Shown here: positions 9,701-18,762 of the stretch, piece by piece | Layout: each line of letters starts with the position of its first letter | Position numbering within the stretch: the stretch's first letter is position 1 | From: Treponemataceae bacterium | GTDB lineage: Bacteria > Spirochaetota > Spirochaetia > Treponematales > Rectinemataceae | NCBI GenBank assembly: GCA_963667725.2 | Contig: CAXXHO010000005.1 | Location: 1-64,000 of the forward strand | Length of the DNA: 64,000 nt | Direction: 5' to 3' | The notes under the pieces: generated by a model | What the model was told of the DNA's origin: nothing | The model's input: only the letters and a program-made list of their open reading frames with translations | Database searches by the model: none | Position numbers and translations under genes: made by a program

Positions 9701-9841
9701 TCCGGACTGGCGCCCGGACTGGTCGGGATCTGGCAGTTGAAGGTGAAGATCCCGATGAGCGTGAGTGCCGGAAATACGGTTCCGGTGCGTGCGGTGATCG
9801 ACGGGGTCCCCAGCAACATTGTGACGGTCGCACTGAAGTAG
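6761..9841 (+). CDS. Large secreted NHL-repeat beta-propeller protein with TIGR03437-like C-terminal domain
   Basis: More than 10 repeats of P..vAvD..GnLYVADsgNNRVL with GQPdF spacers; C-terminus N...NPALRGSTITIFGTGQGP..FSGLAPGLVGIWQLKVKIP. Confidence 0.88.
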   Translation: MRVPIFEYSMGGFAVRVSRVVWIALLVGGVAQAQLSTSAYRALGQPDLNQNGVNRVQGVEVYGPSAIALDARNGVVHLYVSDTRNHRVLGWENAQSYQIGDPPAIVLGQPGPQYSHPMGIGTTGFNTPAGMAVDPITGNLYVADYGNNRVLRFPSPFANQGRVEPDAVYGQPDFSSLGTNTDGIGRNSMSGPRSVAFDSSGNLWVADSGNQRVLRFNGSVLDSLTPEADVVLGQANFLNNAVNRGDAAVSAAGFSTPAALAFDAQDNLYVADYANTRVLKFAAPVISGANAAVVLGHATFTDILVPSDPTAASLAGPVGVSVDASGNVYVAVPGDNRVMVFAAGAASGALAKRVLGQVDFISNQANPSSSPLASTQSFSGPSDVKVDAAGTVYVADSGNNRVIALPKDATVATQVWGQIDFSANGANQVKAAGMNTPFKIAVDYSRSPFPVYVSDANNNRVLVWRDSIRFRTGDPADLVIGQPNLTTAIANVDTRGSRTPSKTSLASPKGIAVDAAGNLYVADSGNNRVLRYPRPVDQSGRITPDAVIGQPNFTSATSAAISAASLRAPSAVAIDPDGDIFVADAGNNRVLEFARGAGTHPNAIRVYGQPTFTALGAVSPASAQTFNSPQGVFVDVSYTMYVADSGNNRVLVFPDTKDDPAAGAAATMVLGQTSFGAVGAGGGTTGLRLPFDVATDSLGDILVSDSGNNRVLVFPSMLFLDLAGATATAAVGQYSVGGSSANWNSLNGLATAEGLYDPIGIFVDRQDTLYAADAGNNRVVHYLKPLTVTPGGSSTSTALARGGLVTLTGEGLSDVDEKASTTPWPQALAGREVALGEDTKVSLASVTSEQIDLQVPYAAALGNQQITVRKVDTGELIAGSKILVENVSPSLFSGTADSTQYAIQNFDGTANTAKNPALRGSTITIFGTGQGPVSPTVTEGTPAPADVNTVAVPTMDGAKCLNSQPSVCVAVSNSFGQIQFSGLAPGLVGIWQLKVKIPMSVSAGNTVPVRAVIDGVPSNIVTVALK

Positions 9842-9865
9842 AAGAGAACCGGGATAACAATACCA

Positions 9866-12121
9866 ATGCGTTTCGAACGTAAGCTCGTTTTACTGGGCCT
9901 TCTGGTTGTGTTTTTCACGGGGTGCTCCCAATCGCCCCAGGCGTACATGGAGAAGGGGAAGAAGGCCTTCGAGCAGAAACAGTATGAAGTCGCCATTCTG
10001 TATTTCAAGAATGCGATGCAGAAGGATCCGAAAAACGCGGAACCCTACTATCAGCTTGGATTGTCGTACCTGGCGTCCGGGGATTTGACCTCCGCCGCTT
10101 CATATTTGCGCAAGGCAACCGAACTGAATCCCCGGCACAGCGGAGCGCAGTTGAAGCTCTCGGAGCTGATGGTGGCCTCGCGCAGCAAGGACATGGTGGA
10201 AGAGGCCCAGAGGCGCACACATGAGATTTTGAAAACCGCGCCGGACGACGCCGAAGCGCTGAACCTGCTGGCATTGACCGAACTGAGCCTTGGGGATCCG
10301 GACAGCGCGGAGGGGCACCTGAAGCAGGTGCTGCAGAAAACGCCGCGATTTCTGCAATCGTCAGTGGCGCTGGCGCAATCGCGTATGGCGCGCAAGGACG
10401 TGGCCGGCGCGGAAGAAGCGCTCAAACAGGCAGTCTCCCAAGCGCCCGATTCCGCGGACCCGATCGTCTACCTGGGCGGTTTCTATCGGGCTTTGGGCCG
10501 GGACGCGGATGCGGAACAGCAGTTTCGGCGTGCGCTTACGGTGAACCCGAAACACGGTCCTGCGATGTTGGCGCTGGGAGCCTTGCAGGTGCACGCCGGA
10601 CAAACCGCGGAAGCGGAAGCGACGTACCGGCGGCTTTCGGCGCTTCCGGAAAAGCAGTACAAGCCCTTCCACGCGCTGTTCCTCTACCAGACCGGAAAGA
10701 GGGATCAGGCGATCGCGGAATTTGAGCGGCTGGCTAAAGAAGCACCGGACGACCGGGAGGCGCGGACGCGGTTGGTGCAAGCGTACCTGGCAGTGAATCG
10801 CGTCCCAGATGCCGAACGGGTGCTCTCAGGTGCGCTGAAGAAGGACCCCGTGGATGCGGATGCGCTGCTGCAACGGAGCCGAATCTATATCGGTTCGGCG
10901 AAGTATACCGAAGCGCAGGCCGATTTGGACCAGGTGCTGCGATATCGCAACGGCTCGGCTGAAGCGCACTATCTGCTTTCGAAATTGCGCCAGGCGCGTG
11001 GCGAGGCCGCGGGCCGCCAGCAGGAGTTGGGCGAGGCGCTGCGGCTGAATCCGGCATTCCTGGCAGCCCGGCTCGAGATGGCTCAGTTTCTGATCGCGGG
11101 ACGCGGGGCGCAATCGGCGATTCAGCTTCTCGATGAAGCGCCCGAGGCACAGCGGTCTACCGTTCCCGTTTTGGTGCAGAAGAACTGGGCGTTGTTGGCT
11201 CTGGGTCAGCCCGCCGAGGCACGCAAAGGAGTCGATCGCATTTTGGCGGGCGGCGGAGTGCCGGATGCGGTGCTACAGGATGCCGTCCTGAAGTTCGGCC
11301 AGAAGGACTATGCAGGGGCGCGGGCCGGAGCGGAAGAGGTTCTGAAACAGAACGCGGACGATACGCGGGCGTTGAATGTGCTGTTCCAGAGCTATGTGGC
11401 GCAGCGCCAGGCGCCGGCAGGCCTGGCGAAAGTGCGGGAGTATGCGTCGCGGCAGCCGGTGCCGGCATCGGCCCAATATTTTCTCGGACAGTTGCTGATG
11501 GAAAGCAGCGACCGACCGGGAGCGCGCCGGGCTTTTGAAGCGGCGAAGGGCGCGAACCCGCGCATGATTCCGGCGGATCTTTCGCTGGCCGAACTGGACG
11601 CAATCGAAGGCCGGAGGGATGAAGCGCGGCGCCGGATATCGGTGGTGGTTGCTGCGAATCCGAATAGCGTAGCGGCGCGGTTGTCTTTGGCGCAGTTGGA
11701 TGGCGCGGACGGACAGAACGCGGCTGCGATCGAGCAATATCGCAAGGTGCTGCAACTGGATTCAAAGAACATCGGCGCGTTGAACAATCTTTCGTACCTG
11801 TTGGCGGAGGCGAATCAGCCTGACGAAGCACTGAACTTTGCGCAGCAGGCCAAGGAAGCGGCGCCGGACAGTCCTGCCATAGACGATACGCTCGGCTGGG
11901 TTTATTTCCGCAAGGGTATGTATCCCTCGGCAGTGCAGTGCCTGGAGAGCGCTGTGGCGAAAGAGGGCACCGCGCGGCGACGCTACCATTTGGCGATGGC
12001 GTATTTCAAAGCCGGGAACGCGGTTCGAGGGCAGCAGTCGCTGGAGGCGGCGCTCAGGATGGATCCGCGGATGCCGGAAGCGGCAGAAGCCCAGCGGATG
12101 GCTGGCGAACTCGCCAGGTAA
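9866..12121 (+). CDS. TPR-repeat lipoprotein (PrsT-like, exosortase/EPS-associated)
   Basis: Lipobox FTGC; many TPR helices; C-terminal ALNNLSYLLA..DTLGWVYFRKG..YHLAMAY. Confidence 0.88.
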   Translation: MRFERKLVLLGLLVVFFTGCSQSPQAYMEKGKKAFEQKQYEVAILYFKNAMQKDPKNAEPYYQLGLSYLASGDLTSAASYLRKATELNPRHSGAQLKLSELMVASRSKDMVEEAQRRTHEILKTAPDDAEALNLLALTELSLGDPDSAEGHLKQVLQKTPRFLQSSVALAQSRMARKDVAGAEEALKQAVSQAPDSADPIVYLGGFYRALGRDADAEQQFRRALTVNPKHGPAMLALGALQVHAGQTAEAEATYRRLSALPEKQYKPFHALFLYQTGKRDQAIAEFERLAKEAPDDREARTRLVQAYLAVNRVPDAERVLSGALKKDPVDADALLQRSRIYIGSAKYTEAQADLDQVLRYRNGSAEAHYLLSKLRQARGEAAGRQQELGEALRLNPAFLAARLEMAQFLIAGRGAQSAIQLLDEAPEAQRSTVPVLVQKNWALLALGQPAEARKGVDRILAGGGVPDAVLQDAVLKFGQKDYAGARAGAEEVLKQNADDTRALNVLFQSYVAQRQAPAGLAKVREYASRQPVPASAQYFLGQLLMESSDRPGARRAFEAAKGANPRMIPADLSLAELDAIEGRRDEARRRISVVVAANPNSVAARLSLAQLDGADGQNAAAIEQYRKVLQLDSKNIGALNNLSYLLAEANQPDEALNFAQQAKEAAPDSPAIDDTLGWVYFRKGMYPSAVQCLESAVAKEGTARRRYHLAMAYFKAGNAVRGQQSLEAALRMDPRMPEAAEAQRMAGELAR

Positions 12122-12124
12122 TTT

Positions 12125-13288
12125 GTGTTCACCCGAGAGGATCGAAAACCCCTGTGGTGCGTTTTGATCGATGAGGTGCGGAATCGATTGGAAAGGGCGC
12201 CCACAATTCTGTTGGGCGGCGCCTGTCTGGCCGTGCTGGCCTACATCCTGGTAGCGGGACTTTGGCCGTTTCACGCGCCCGCGAATTCCGTGGCGTGGCT
12301 GAAGGGTGAAGATGGGCTGCGTTTTACCTATCCCAGCGCCATTCTGAGTGATGGAGAGATCCTGCCTGCAGGATCAAATGAGACCTCATGCAGCATCGAG
12401 GCCTGGCTTGAGCCGGCCCTCACTCAGGATTCCAGCACGATTCTGGCGTTCTATACACCGGAGAACTCAGCTCAATTAGCAGTCAAACAGTCGGTGTCAG
12501 ATCTGTTGATTACCGCCGGGAGAGGGCGTGGCTGGAACCAGGCGCGTACGGGTGCCTTATACGTGGACGATCTGTTCAGAGCGACGCGCCCGATGTTCCT
12601 CACTATCACGATTGGCGCGAGAGGCCTCTCAGTCTATCGAGACGGTTTGTTGCTCAGAAGCGCGCCTCGGTTCCCGCGCCGGGAGAATCTGTGTGCGGGC
12701 CGGTTAGTTGTGGGCAGTTCATCGGTGACGAATGCGGGCTGGACCGGAACCGTGCGCGGGTTGGCCGTCTACCATCGCGAACTCGGTACGGCGCAGGTGT
12801 TACGGCATTTCGAAGCATGGAGACGGAATGGGTCTCTCGAGTTGTTGGCCGATACCGGCGAGTGGTGCTCCGCGCTGTATCGATTTGATGAACGCGGCGG
12901 CAACCGTGTCCACAACCGGGCTGAAGGAAGAGCCGACCTCGTGGTGCCCGAGCGATACGAGGTGCCAGCGCAGACGTTTTTGGAGCCTTTCTGGAAGCAA
13001 ACCGAATTCAAATGGGGCTACTGGAGCGATATCCTTCTGAACATCTGCGGGCTCGTGCCGCTGGGGTTCTTCTGGTACGGTTATCTGCGGCGAGTGCGCC
13101 GCGGCAATCACCTTGTGGTCGTGACAATTGCGCTGGGCGCACTGGTGAGCATCATGATCGAAGTGCTACAGGTCTTCCTGCCGACGCGCGATTCTGACAC
13201 GACCGACATTCTCACGAACACACTAGGCACTGCAATTGGCGTCGTGCTCTATCGTTACCTGATCGAGCGAAGGCCGAAGTCAGCCTGA
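12125..13288 (+). CDS. VanZ-family membrane protein with inserted LamG/concanavalin-like domain
   Basis: N-terminal TM ending LWPF; SIEAWL..LSVYRDG..WTGTVRGLAVYHREL (LamG-like); DILLNICGLVPLG..IEVLQVFLPTRDSDTTDILTNTLG (VanZ). Confidence 0.82.
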   Translation: MFTREDRKPLWCVLIDEVRNRLERAPTILLGGACLAVLAYILVAGLWPFHAPANSVAWLKGEDGLRFTYPSAILSDGEILPAGSNETSCSIEAWLEPALTQDSSTILAFYTPENSAQLAVKQSVSDLLITAGRGRGWNQARTGALYVDDLFRATRPMFLTITIGARGLSVYRDGLLLRSAPRFPRRENLCAGRLVVGSSSVTNAGWTGTVRGLAVYHRELGTAQVLRHFEAWRRNGSLELLADTGEWCSALYRFDERGGNRVHNRAEGRADLVVPERYEVPAQTFLEPFWKQTEFKWGYWSDILLNICGLVPLGFFWYGYLRRVRRGNHLVVVTIALGALVSIMIEVLQVFLPTRDSDTTDILTNTLGTAIGVVLYRYLIERRPKSA

Positions 13289-13291
13289 ATA

Positions 13292-13999
13292 TCAGTGTGA
13301 CAGCTTGCTAGCGAAACGCCGGCGCAGGAAGAACACGAGTCCCGCTATTCCCAGAAGGTTCAGGACCAGAATCGCCACGGTAGATGGCTCTGGCGTCTTC
13401 ACGACAAGGAACTCTTGTGAAACATCAGAGGGGTTCGGCGTGTAGATCACTACGTCAGGTGCCGGCCCGGTGGGATTTAAAGCTTGGGCAAAAGCTTCAT
13501 TCCGGAGTTTGTCGATTTCGCTCACTACGATACCGCTATTATTGCCGTGATAGCCGCCAATCGCTCCCGGGTCGAAAATCGTCCAGATGGCATAGGAATA
13601 GTAGCCCGCGAGGGTCGGATTGTTGAGATTGCCGGATTGCATCAACTGGACGGCCAGCCAGGCGGCGGCATAATACTCCTGCTCGATAGTGAGTGTTGTC
13701 CCGTCAGGCTGAGGCGAACGGAACTTCTGGGGACCTGTGCTGCTCACGTCGGAAAGGGAATACTGAATCGCTTGCCAAGTCGTGGACGGGACCTCCGTCT
13801 CAAAGTCGTCGCAGATCGCCAGGGTGCTCACTTCGTCAATGGTCACCCAATACGGGCTGCTGTAGACTCCCCCCATGACTGCGTCGGTACTGTAAACGCC
13901 GCTGAAGGACAATTGGTCAGCTGCGGCAGACGACGCGAACGTCGACACCATCATCAGGCCGAACAGAACTACTTGCAGGTGCTTCCATATGTGGGTCAT
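13292..13999 (-). CDS. PEP-CTERM sorting-domain protein
   Basis: Signal peptide (start ATG 13999 after SD GAGGAG); C-terminus TPEPSTVAILVLNLLGIAGLVFFLRRR. Confidence 0.88.
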   Translation of the reverse strand: MTHIWKHLQVVLFGLMMVSTFASSAAADQLSFSGVYSTDAVMGGVYSSPYWVTIDEVSTLAICDDFETEVPSTTWQAIQYSLSDVSSTGPQKFRSPQPDGTTLTIEQEYYAAAWLAVQLMQSGNLNNPTLAGYYSYAIWTIFDPGAIGGYHGNNSGIVVSEIDKLRNEAFAQALNPTGPAPDVVIYTPNPSDVSQEFLVVKTPEPSTVAILVLNLLGIAGLVFFLRRRFASKLSH

Positions 14000-14031
14000 C
14001 GACATTCTCCTCAGCGTTGGCCGAACTACTG

Positions 14032-14046
14032 GCACTTTCGGTGCCA
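14032..14046 (-). promoter_or_regulatory. Sigma-54 promoter for PEP-CTERM gene
   Basis: Minus strand TGGCACCGAAAGTGC, near-consensus TGGCAC-N5-TTGC. Confidence 0.75.
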
Positions 14047-14176
14047 ACGCCCACACGGCCGGCTATCATAACGATGCCCGTATTTATGCCTGTTTTCATC
14101 AGGATGGACACCATAATTTGGGCCGTATGTTTCAAACAATTCAAATCCCTTTTGCCAAGATGTCGGAATTTGACGG

Positions 14177-14398
14177 CTAACGCGCCAGCCGTCGACGCAC
14201 GAGGGCATATATGCCGCCGAATACCGCGATTTCGAGCGCCAGGATCGCCCAAGTCGAAGGTTCCGGCATGGGTACGGAAACCATCAGGAGGCGGCCGCCG
14301 CCGACCAGGGCTTCCTTCCCGATCACATCAGCCGAAGCAATCCCGGGGACGAGGGTCAAACCTGCAAAGAGCGAAAGGCGCTTCAACGTCTGAGTCAT
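14177..14398 (-). CDS. Miniature PEP-CTERM protein (73 aa)
   Basis: Signal peptide ending ASA-D, about 20-aa mature part, then MPEPSTWAILALEIAVFGGIYALVRRRLAR; SD-like AAAGGA upstream. Confidence 0.8.
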   Translation of the reverse strand: MTQTLKRLSLFAGLTLVPGIASADVIGKEALVGGGRLLMVSVPMPEPSTWAILALEIAVFGGIYALVRRRLAR

Positions 14399-14470
14399 CA
14401 GATTCTGGTGTTCCTTTCTGGCAAGCCTAAGCTATCGGAGGCGACCGGGACTCGCGCGCCTGCGTCGTAC

Positions 14471-14485
14471 GCACTTTGGATACCA
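14471..14485 (-). promoter_or_regulatory. Sigma-54 promoter for the mini PEP-CTERM gene
   Basis: Minus strand TGGTATCCAAAGTGC = GG-N10-GC. Confidence 0.65.
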
Positions 14486-14515
14486 ATATTGTCGCGATGG
14501 TCAGGGTGTTTTTAG

Positions 14516-14528
14516 AATCAGGTGTTTA
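14516..14528 (+). promoter_or_regulatory. Putative IHF binding site between divergent sigma-54 promoters
   Basis: AATCAGGTGTTTA matches WATCAR-N4-TTR. Confidence 0.4.
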
Positions 14529-14657
14529 AGCCTTGTTACTCCGGAACTTCGATAGGCAAAAAACTGGTTCTACGCCGATGCAAAGTGCGATTCCGCCGCT
14601 CACTGGTCCCAGAAGTTGGGAGAAACGAGCGAGGGCTACAAGAATGCGCTTTCATTT

Positions 14658-14672
14658 TGGCCCACACATTGC
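14658..14672 (+). promoter_or_regulatory. Sigma-54 promoter for the beta-barrel gene
   Basis: TGGCCCACACATTGC; nearly identical to the box at 17115. Confidence 0.7.
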
Positions 14673-14690
14673 CTGAGAGATTCGGACCCC

Positions 14691-16076
14691 ATGATGGTGA
14701 GAAAATCTCGCACGCAATGTAGTCCGAGTATGCCCCATATAGCGGTTCTGGTGGCGGCACTCGCATGCCTGCATCCGCTCTCGGCACAGACCACCGAAGG
14801 GCAAGGGGCGCGATTTGACGGATTCCACGTCAACAGCATCACGGCGTTCACGGGGTACACCACCCTGGGGCTGCCGAATGCGGATTTCAACTATTTGATG
14901 GGGGTGGTCCCTACCGGCGGTGACGTTCAGGCGGGCGGCGGTATCAGCGTCGGCTTCACGCGGTTCCGGCCGCGTAGCAGTGTGTCGCTTACGTACGATC
15001 CTTCCTACAGCGGGATGATTCGTCATTCGGAGTGGAACGCATTGAACCACTCGCTTTCCTTCCGGGTTGCGAAAAAGTTCGGAAAACGGTGGGACTGGTC
15101 GCTCTCGATGGCCGGAAGCGCGAGCAGTATGTACCAGTTCCTGTTCACTCCGACAGCGTTGAGCAACGCGGCCGCAGTGCCGTCTTCCATGGAGGAACTG
15201 GCGGGGGCCATGGTTTCCGGCAGGTATACCAACGACCAGCTTGCTGCGGTGCTGACCGGTGCGCCGGGCCTGGAGTCTCCCGAACGAACAGTGCTCTATG
15301 GCAACCGGGTGCTTTCGGCCTCGGCTTCGACCGGAGTTACCTACTCGCCGACCGGGCGTTTGTCGTTTCACTTCGGGGCGAATGCTTCCCGAAGCCAGTT
15401 CTTGGATGACGGCAACCAACCGGCGTCAACCAATACCCAGGCACTGCTGGCGCGCACGACGAGCGGCGGCGCGACTGCCGGATTCTCCTATGCCATCACT
15501 CCCAAAACCGATTTTGGCGTGGATGCGAGCAGCACTCGGACGCAATCGGCGTTTCAGGATGCCTACACGACTGCGGGGGTAGTGTCGCTCGGCAGAAGAA
15601 TCGGCCGGCGATGGCTTGTGCAGGGGCGTGGGGGACCGTCCTGGATTACAGCAGTGCGCCAGACCTATCAGTTGCCACGAGGGATTCAATACTCTGCGGG
15701 CGGAACAATGGGGTACAAAACCTCGACTCAGACCATTCTGGGCACGGTGGATCGCAGCGCGGCGGATTCCTACGGCGCCGGCGCGGGCTACACGCTCTCA
15801 GCCGGAGGTACTTGGCGCCGTCACCGGCCGGGTAGCCTGTGGACGCTTTCCAGCAGCTTGCGCCAGCAGCGGATGAGGGGAACGGAGTACGCGGACCTTG
15901 AGGGCTGGGTGGTTTCAGGAAGTGTATCGCGGGCATTGAACCGGCGGACGGCGATGCAGATCACGTACACCTATATGACCAACTCGGGTACGTACCTCGG
16001 CTCCGCCCAGGAGATCAACTCGCATTCGATTCAGATAGCGTTCCTATGGAAAGACAGCTTCTCACAGGAACGCTAG
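14691..16076 (+). CDS. Outer-membrane beta-barrel protein (EPS/PEP-CTERM-associated porin-like)
   Basis: Signal peptide ending LSA-Q; alternating amphipathic beta strands rich in G/S/T/Y; last strand SIQIAFLW. Start placed downstream of the promoter (ATG 14691, or 14730). Confidence 0.75.
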   Translation: MMVRKSRTQCSPSMPHIAVLVAALACLHPLSAQTTEGQGARFDGFHVNSITAFTGYTTLGLPNADFNYLMGVVPTGGDVQAGGGISVGFTRFRPRSSVSLTYDPSYSGMIRHSEWNALNHSLSFRVAKKFGKRWDWSLSMAGSASSMYQFLFTPTALSNAAAVPSSMEELAGAMVSGRYTNDQLAAVLTGAPGLESPERTVLYGNRVLSASASTGVTYSPTGRLSFHFGANASRSQFLDDGNQPASTNTQALLARTTSGGATAGFSYAITPKTDFGVDASSTRTQSAFQDAYTTAGVVSLGRRIGRRWLVQGRGGPSWITAVRQTYQLPRGIQYSAGGTMGYKTSTQTILGTVDRSAADSYGAGAGYTLSAGGTWRRHRPGSLWTLSSSLRQQRMRGTEYADLEGWVVSGSVSRALNRRTAMQITYTYMTNSGTYLGSAQEINSHSIQIAFLWKDSFSQER

Positions 16077-16124
16077 CCTGTTGCCGGTGGCGAACCGGCT
16101 CAAATCCAGACCGTTAGCCGTGGT

Positions 16125-16751
16125 TCAATTGGTCCAACGAAGCTTCCGGACGGTTAGGCCAACGCCCAGCAGCATTACCGTCAACAACAGAACGACGCCC
16201 GGTTCAGGGACTGCCGTGTAGCTGACATTCTTAACCTGAGCCGTGATGTGGGTGCTGCTACCGGCGGCAATCGCAACCACGTCATGTCCGAGGATGATGT
16301 TGACCGGCGCGAGAGTCAGAGTGAAGCTGCCGGATCCCGTCGAGTTGTTGAAAGAGAACGTCTGGGACCAATTGTCAAAATCGACCGTCACGCCTCCCAT
16401 ACCCCACAGGACCACCCCGAGGATGTCTGCGGTGAAGTCGGGCGTGGGACCCGAGATTCCTTGCGGCGCCGAAAAATCGATCAACAGGTGGAATGCGTCA
16501 TTGGCGGCGTAAAGGTCGGTTTGGGGCGAGAGGGCCAATGTGCCGAGGTCGAGCGTGGAGCTTTTGGACGAGTCGAAGTTGCCGGCGGTGAATGTCAGGC
16601 CGCCTAATGTCTTGCTTGTGCCTGAACTGCCAAAATGGCTCGAATCGGTATCGCCGGCAACCACCAGGTCCGCCCGGGCAGCTGTAGGCAACAGAGCTAA
16701 ACCGCAGATGCCTACCGCTACCCCAATAATGTGGAACAGCCGTCGGTGCAT
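16125..16751 (-). CDS. PEP-CTERM sorting-domain protein
   Basis: ATG 16751 after SD AAAGGA; signal peptide ending ARA-D; C-terminus VPEPGVVLLLTVMLLGVGLTVRKLR. Confidence 0.9.
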   Translation of the reverse strand: MHRRLFHIIGVAVGICGLALLPTAARADLVVAGDTDSSHFGSSGTSKTLGGLTFTAGNFDSSKSSTLDLGTLALSPQTDLYAANDAFHLLIDFSAPQGISGPTPDFTADILGVVLWGMGGVTVDFDNWSQTFSFNNSTGSGSFTLTLAPVNIILGHDVVAIAAGSSTHITAQVKNVSYTAVPEPGVVLLLTVMLLGVGLTVRKLRWTN

Positions 16752-16816
16752 GACAAGATCCTTTCCAGGTGTCGTGTTCGACATCCAGGGGTACACTTTA
16801 CCCCCACGAATCTCGT

Positions 16817-16831
16817 GCATTTCGGCCTCCG
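16817..16831 (-). promoter_or_regulatory. Sigma-54 promoter for PEP-CTERM gene
   Basis: Minus strand CGGAGGCCGAAATGC = GG-N10-GC. Confidence 0.5.
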
Positions 16832-17114
16832 TTCGAAGAGAGCACGCTAAAGATAAGTACTTCAATAGGATCGCGCTCTGCGGTCTGGTGACCGTGGCGA
16901 AAACGTAGCTTCTCTATCCCGGTATTTCAGATATTCAGGCTACGAAATTGTAATCTGCCAAGCGAGTTTTTCCGAGACGGGATATGCCGGGTTGCCAAGC
17001 TGGTTCGCTCGGGACATCCCAAAGTTTAGGAAGAGGCGGACCGGGAATTGATGACGCGGTTCCGGAGGCGAGTGGGATGGTCGTAAGCTTTTGAAATTAA
17101 GCACAATTCCTGTT

Positions 17115-17129
17115 TGGACCGCACATTGC
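17115..17129 (+). promoter_or_regulatory. Sigma-54 promoter for the wzc operon
   Basis: TGGACCGCACATTGC = GG-N10-GC with TTGC. Confidence 0.7.
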
Positions 17130-17149
17130 GTACAACTTTCATTCGCAAC

Positions 17150-18760
17150 ATGAATAACAGCCTAGATACCGGTGTTGACGAATCCTCTACGCCTCAACCC
17201 GCATTTTCCCCACTCTCGATTGTCAGAGCGGTCTGGAAACGGAAGGTGCCGATCCTGGCGATCTGGTTTGTGCTGCTGGCGCTCACTTTCGCGGTGGTGT
17301 CGCGCCTCCCGGCCGTCTACATGTCCGAAGCGGTCATTCTGGTCGATTCGCAGAAAATTCCCGAAAAGTTCGTGGAAGCCACTGTCGCCAGCGACCTAGA
17401 AGATCGCATCGCCGCGATTCGAGAGCAACTTCTCAGCTCCGGCGCCTTGAAGAAGATTATCGACGACTTCGGGCTATACCAAAAGCAACGGGCGAATCAT
17501 TTCGAAGAAGAGATCCTGGAGATGATGCGCAACGATATCAGCATCACGCTCCAACCGGTCAGCGGCAACAACAAACGGCCAGGTGCATTTCGCATTGGCT
17601 ATCAGGGCCCCGATCCGGTCTTGGTCACTCGGGTCGCAAACCGTTTGACTGATCTCTACGTGGATCAGAATCTGCGGACGCGTGAAGGCCAGGCGGAGGG
17701 CACCTCGGATTTTCTGGACGGGCAGCTTCGCGAAGCGAAGACGAGGCTGGACGATTTGGAATCGTCGGTCAGCGCGTACAAGTTGCGGTTCAACGGGGAG
17801 CTGCCCGAGCAGCAGCAATCGCTTCAGGGCACACTTGCCAGGCTTCAGGTCGAATTGGAAGCGAATCGCGATGCAATCAACCGAACCCAGCAGAACAAGG
17901 TGATTCTTTCGAGCAACCTCAATGCTCTGGAGGCCAGCCTGGTGTCTCAACGACGCGCCTTGGAGCCGGCTGCCGGCGGTTTCGCTCAGTCGGAAACGGT
18001 CGCGCCTCAAGCCGGACCGACGCCGCGCCGTTCGTCGGAATTGTTGCAGGATCAGCTCGACAGGCTGCGGACACGATACAACGACGGGCATCCTGACGTG
18101 ATTCGACTTCGCGATGAGTTGGAGAAGGTCCGGCATGCCGAAGAGCAGGCGGCGGGAGCAGCTCCCTCGACACCCGCTTCGGCCGGAACCGCAGTGCCTC
18201 GAGTTCGCCGTCCTGCCCCGGTTGTCGACTCTGCGGAGACAGCACGAACCCGGGAGCAGGTCGCAGGTCTGAGAGCTCAGCTGACGGTCACGGATAAGGA
18301 ACTGGAGGAGCGCAACGCCCAGCAGCGCCGCATTCTTAGTGACATTGCGAATTACCAGAGCCGGATTGAACGGCTGCCCGTTCGTGAACAGCAGATGTCC
18401 CAGTTAACCCGCGACTACGAAATGTCCAAGGAAAACTACAAATCCCTGATGGACAAAAAGATGGCCGCCGGAATGGCTCTGGATATGGAAAGGCGCCAGA
18501 AATCGGAGCGCTTTACGGTGCTCGATCGCGCGAAGGTCCCGGAGAAGCCCATCAAACCGAAACGCCCGATGCTCTATGGCGGCGGCGCCGGAGCGAGCCT
18601 GGTGGTGGCCCTGCTGCTTGGATTCGTGATGGAGCTGCGGAAGAACGTCTTTCTGGGCGAGTGGGAACTGCCGCCGGATACGACTATCCTGGCACGGTTA
18701 CCTTACATCGAAGTGAGCGCTTCCTCTGAAGCCTCCTCGCCGCGGAGCGCGCGATCCTAA
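17150..18760 (+). CDS. Polysaccharide co-polymerase / chain-length determinant (Wzc/GumC periplasmic part)
   Basis: TM then LPAVYMSEAVILV; long coiled coil; RYNDGHPDV; LTRDYE..Y..L..K; FTVLDRAKVPEKPIKPKR then TM. Confidence 0.9.
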   Translation: MNNSLDTGVDESSTPQPAFSPLSIVRAVWKRKVPILAIWFVLLALTFAVVSRLPAVYMSEAVILVDSQKIPEKFVEATVASDLEDRIAAIREQLLSSGALKKIIDDFGLYQKQRANHFEEEILEMMRNDISITLQPVSGNNKRPGAFRIGYQGPDPVLVTRVANRLTDLYVDQNLRTREGQAEGTSDFLDGQLREAKTRLDDLESSVSAYKLRFNGELPEQQQSLQGTLARLQVELEANRDAINRTQQNKVILSSNLNALEASLVSQRRALEPAAGGFAQSETVAPQAGPTPRRSSELLQDQLDRLRTRYNDGHPDVIRLRDELEKVRHAEEQAAGAAPSTPASAGTAVPRVRRPAPVVDSAETARTREQVAGLRAQLTVTDKELEERNAQQRRILSDIANYQSRIERLPVREQQMSQLTRDYEMSKENYKSLMDKKMAAGMALDMERRQKSERFTVLDRAKVPEKPIKPKRPMLYGGGAGASLVVALLLGFVMELRKNVFLGEWELPPDTTILARLPYIEVSASSEASSPRSARS

Positions 18761-18762
18761 CT

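Noticed and set aside
12125..13288. VanZ as a glycopeptide-resistance gene
   Set aside because: No van cluster genes nearby; the family is widespread and here sits in an EPS operon
14031..14045. Palindrome GGCAC-TTTCG-GTGCC as a terminator
   Set aside because: Short stem with no U tract; better explained as the sigma-54 box
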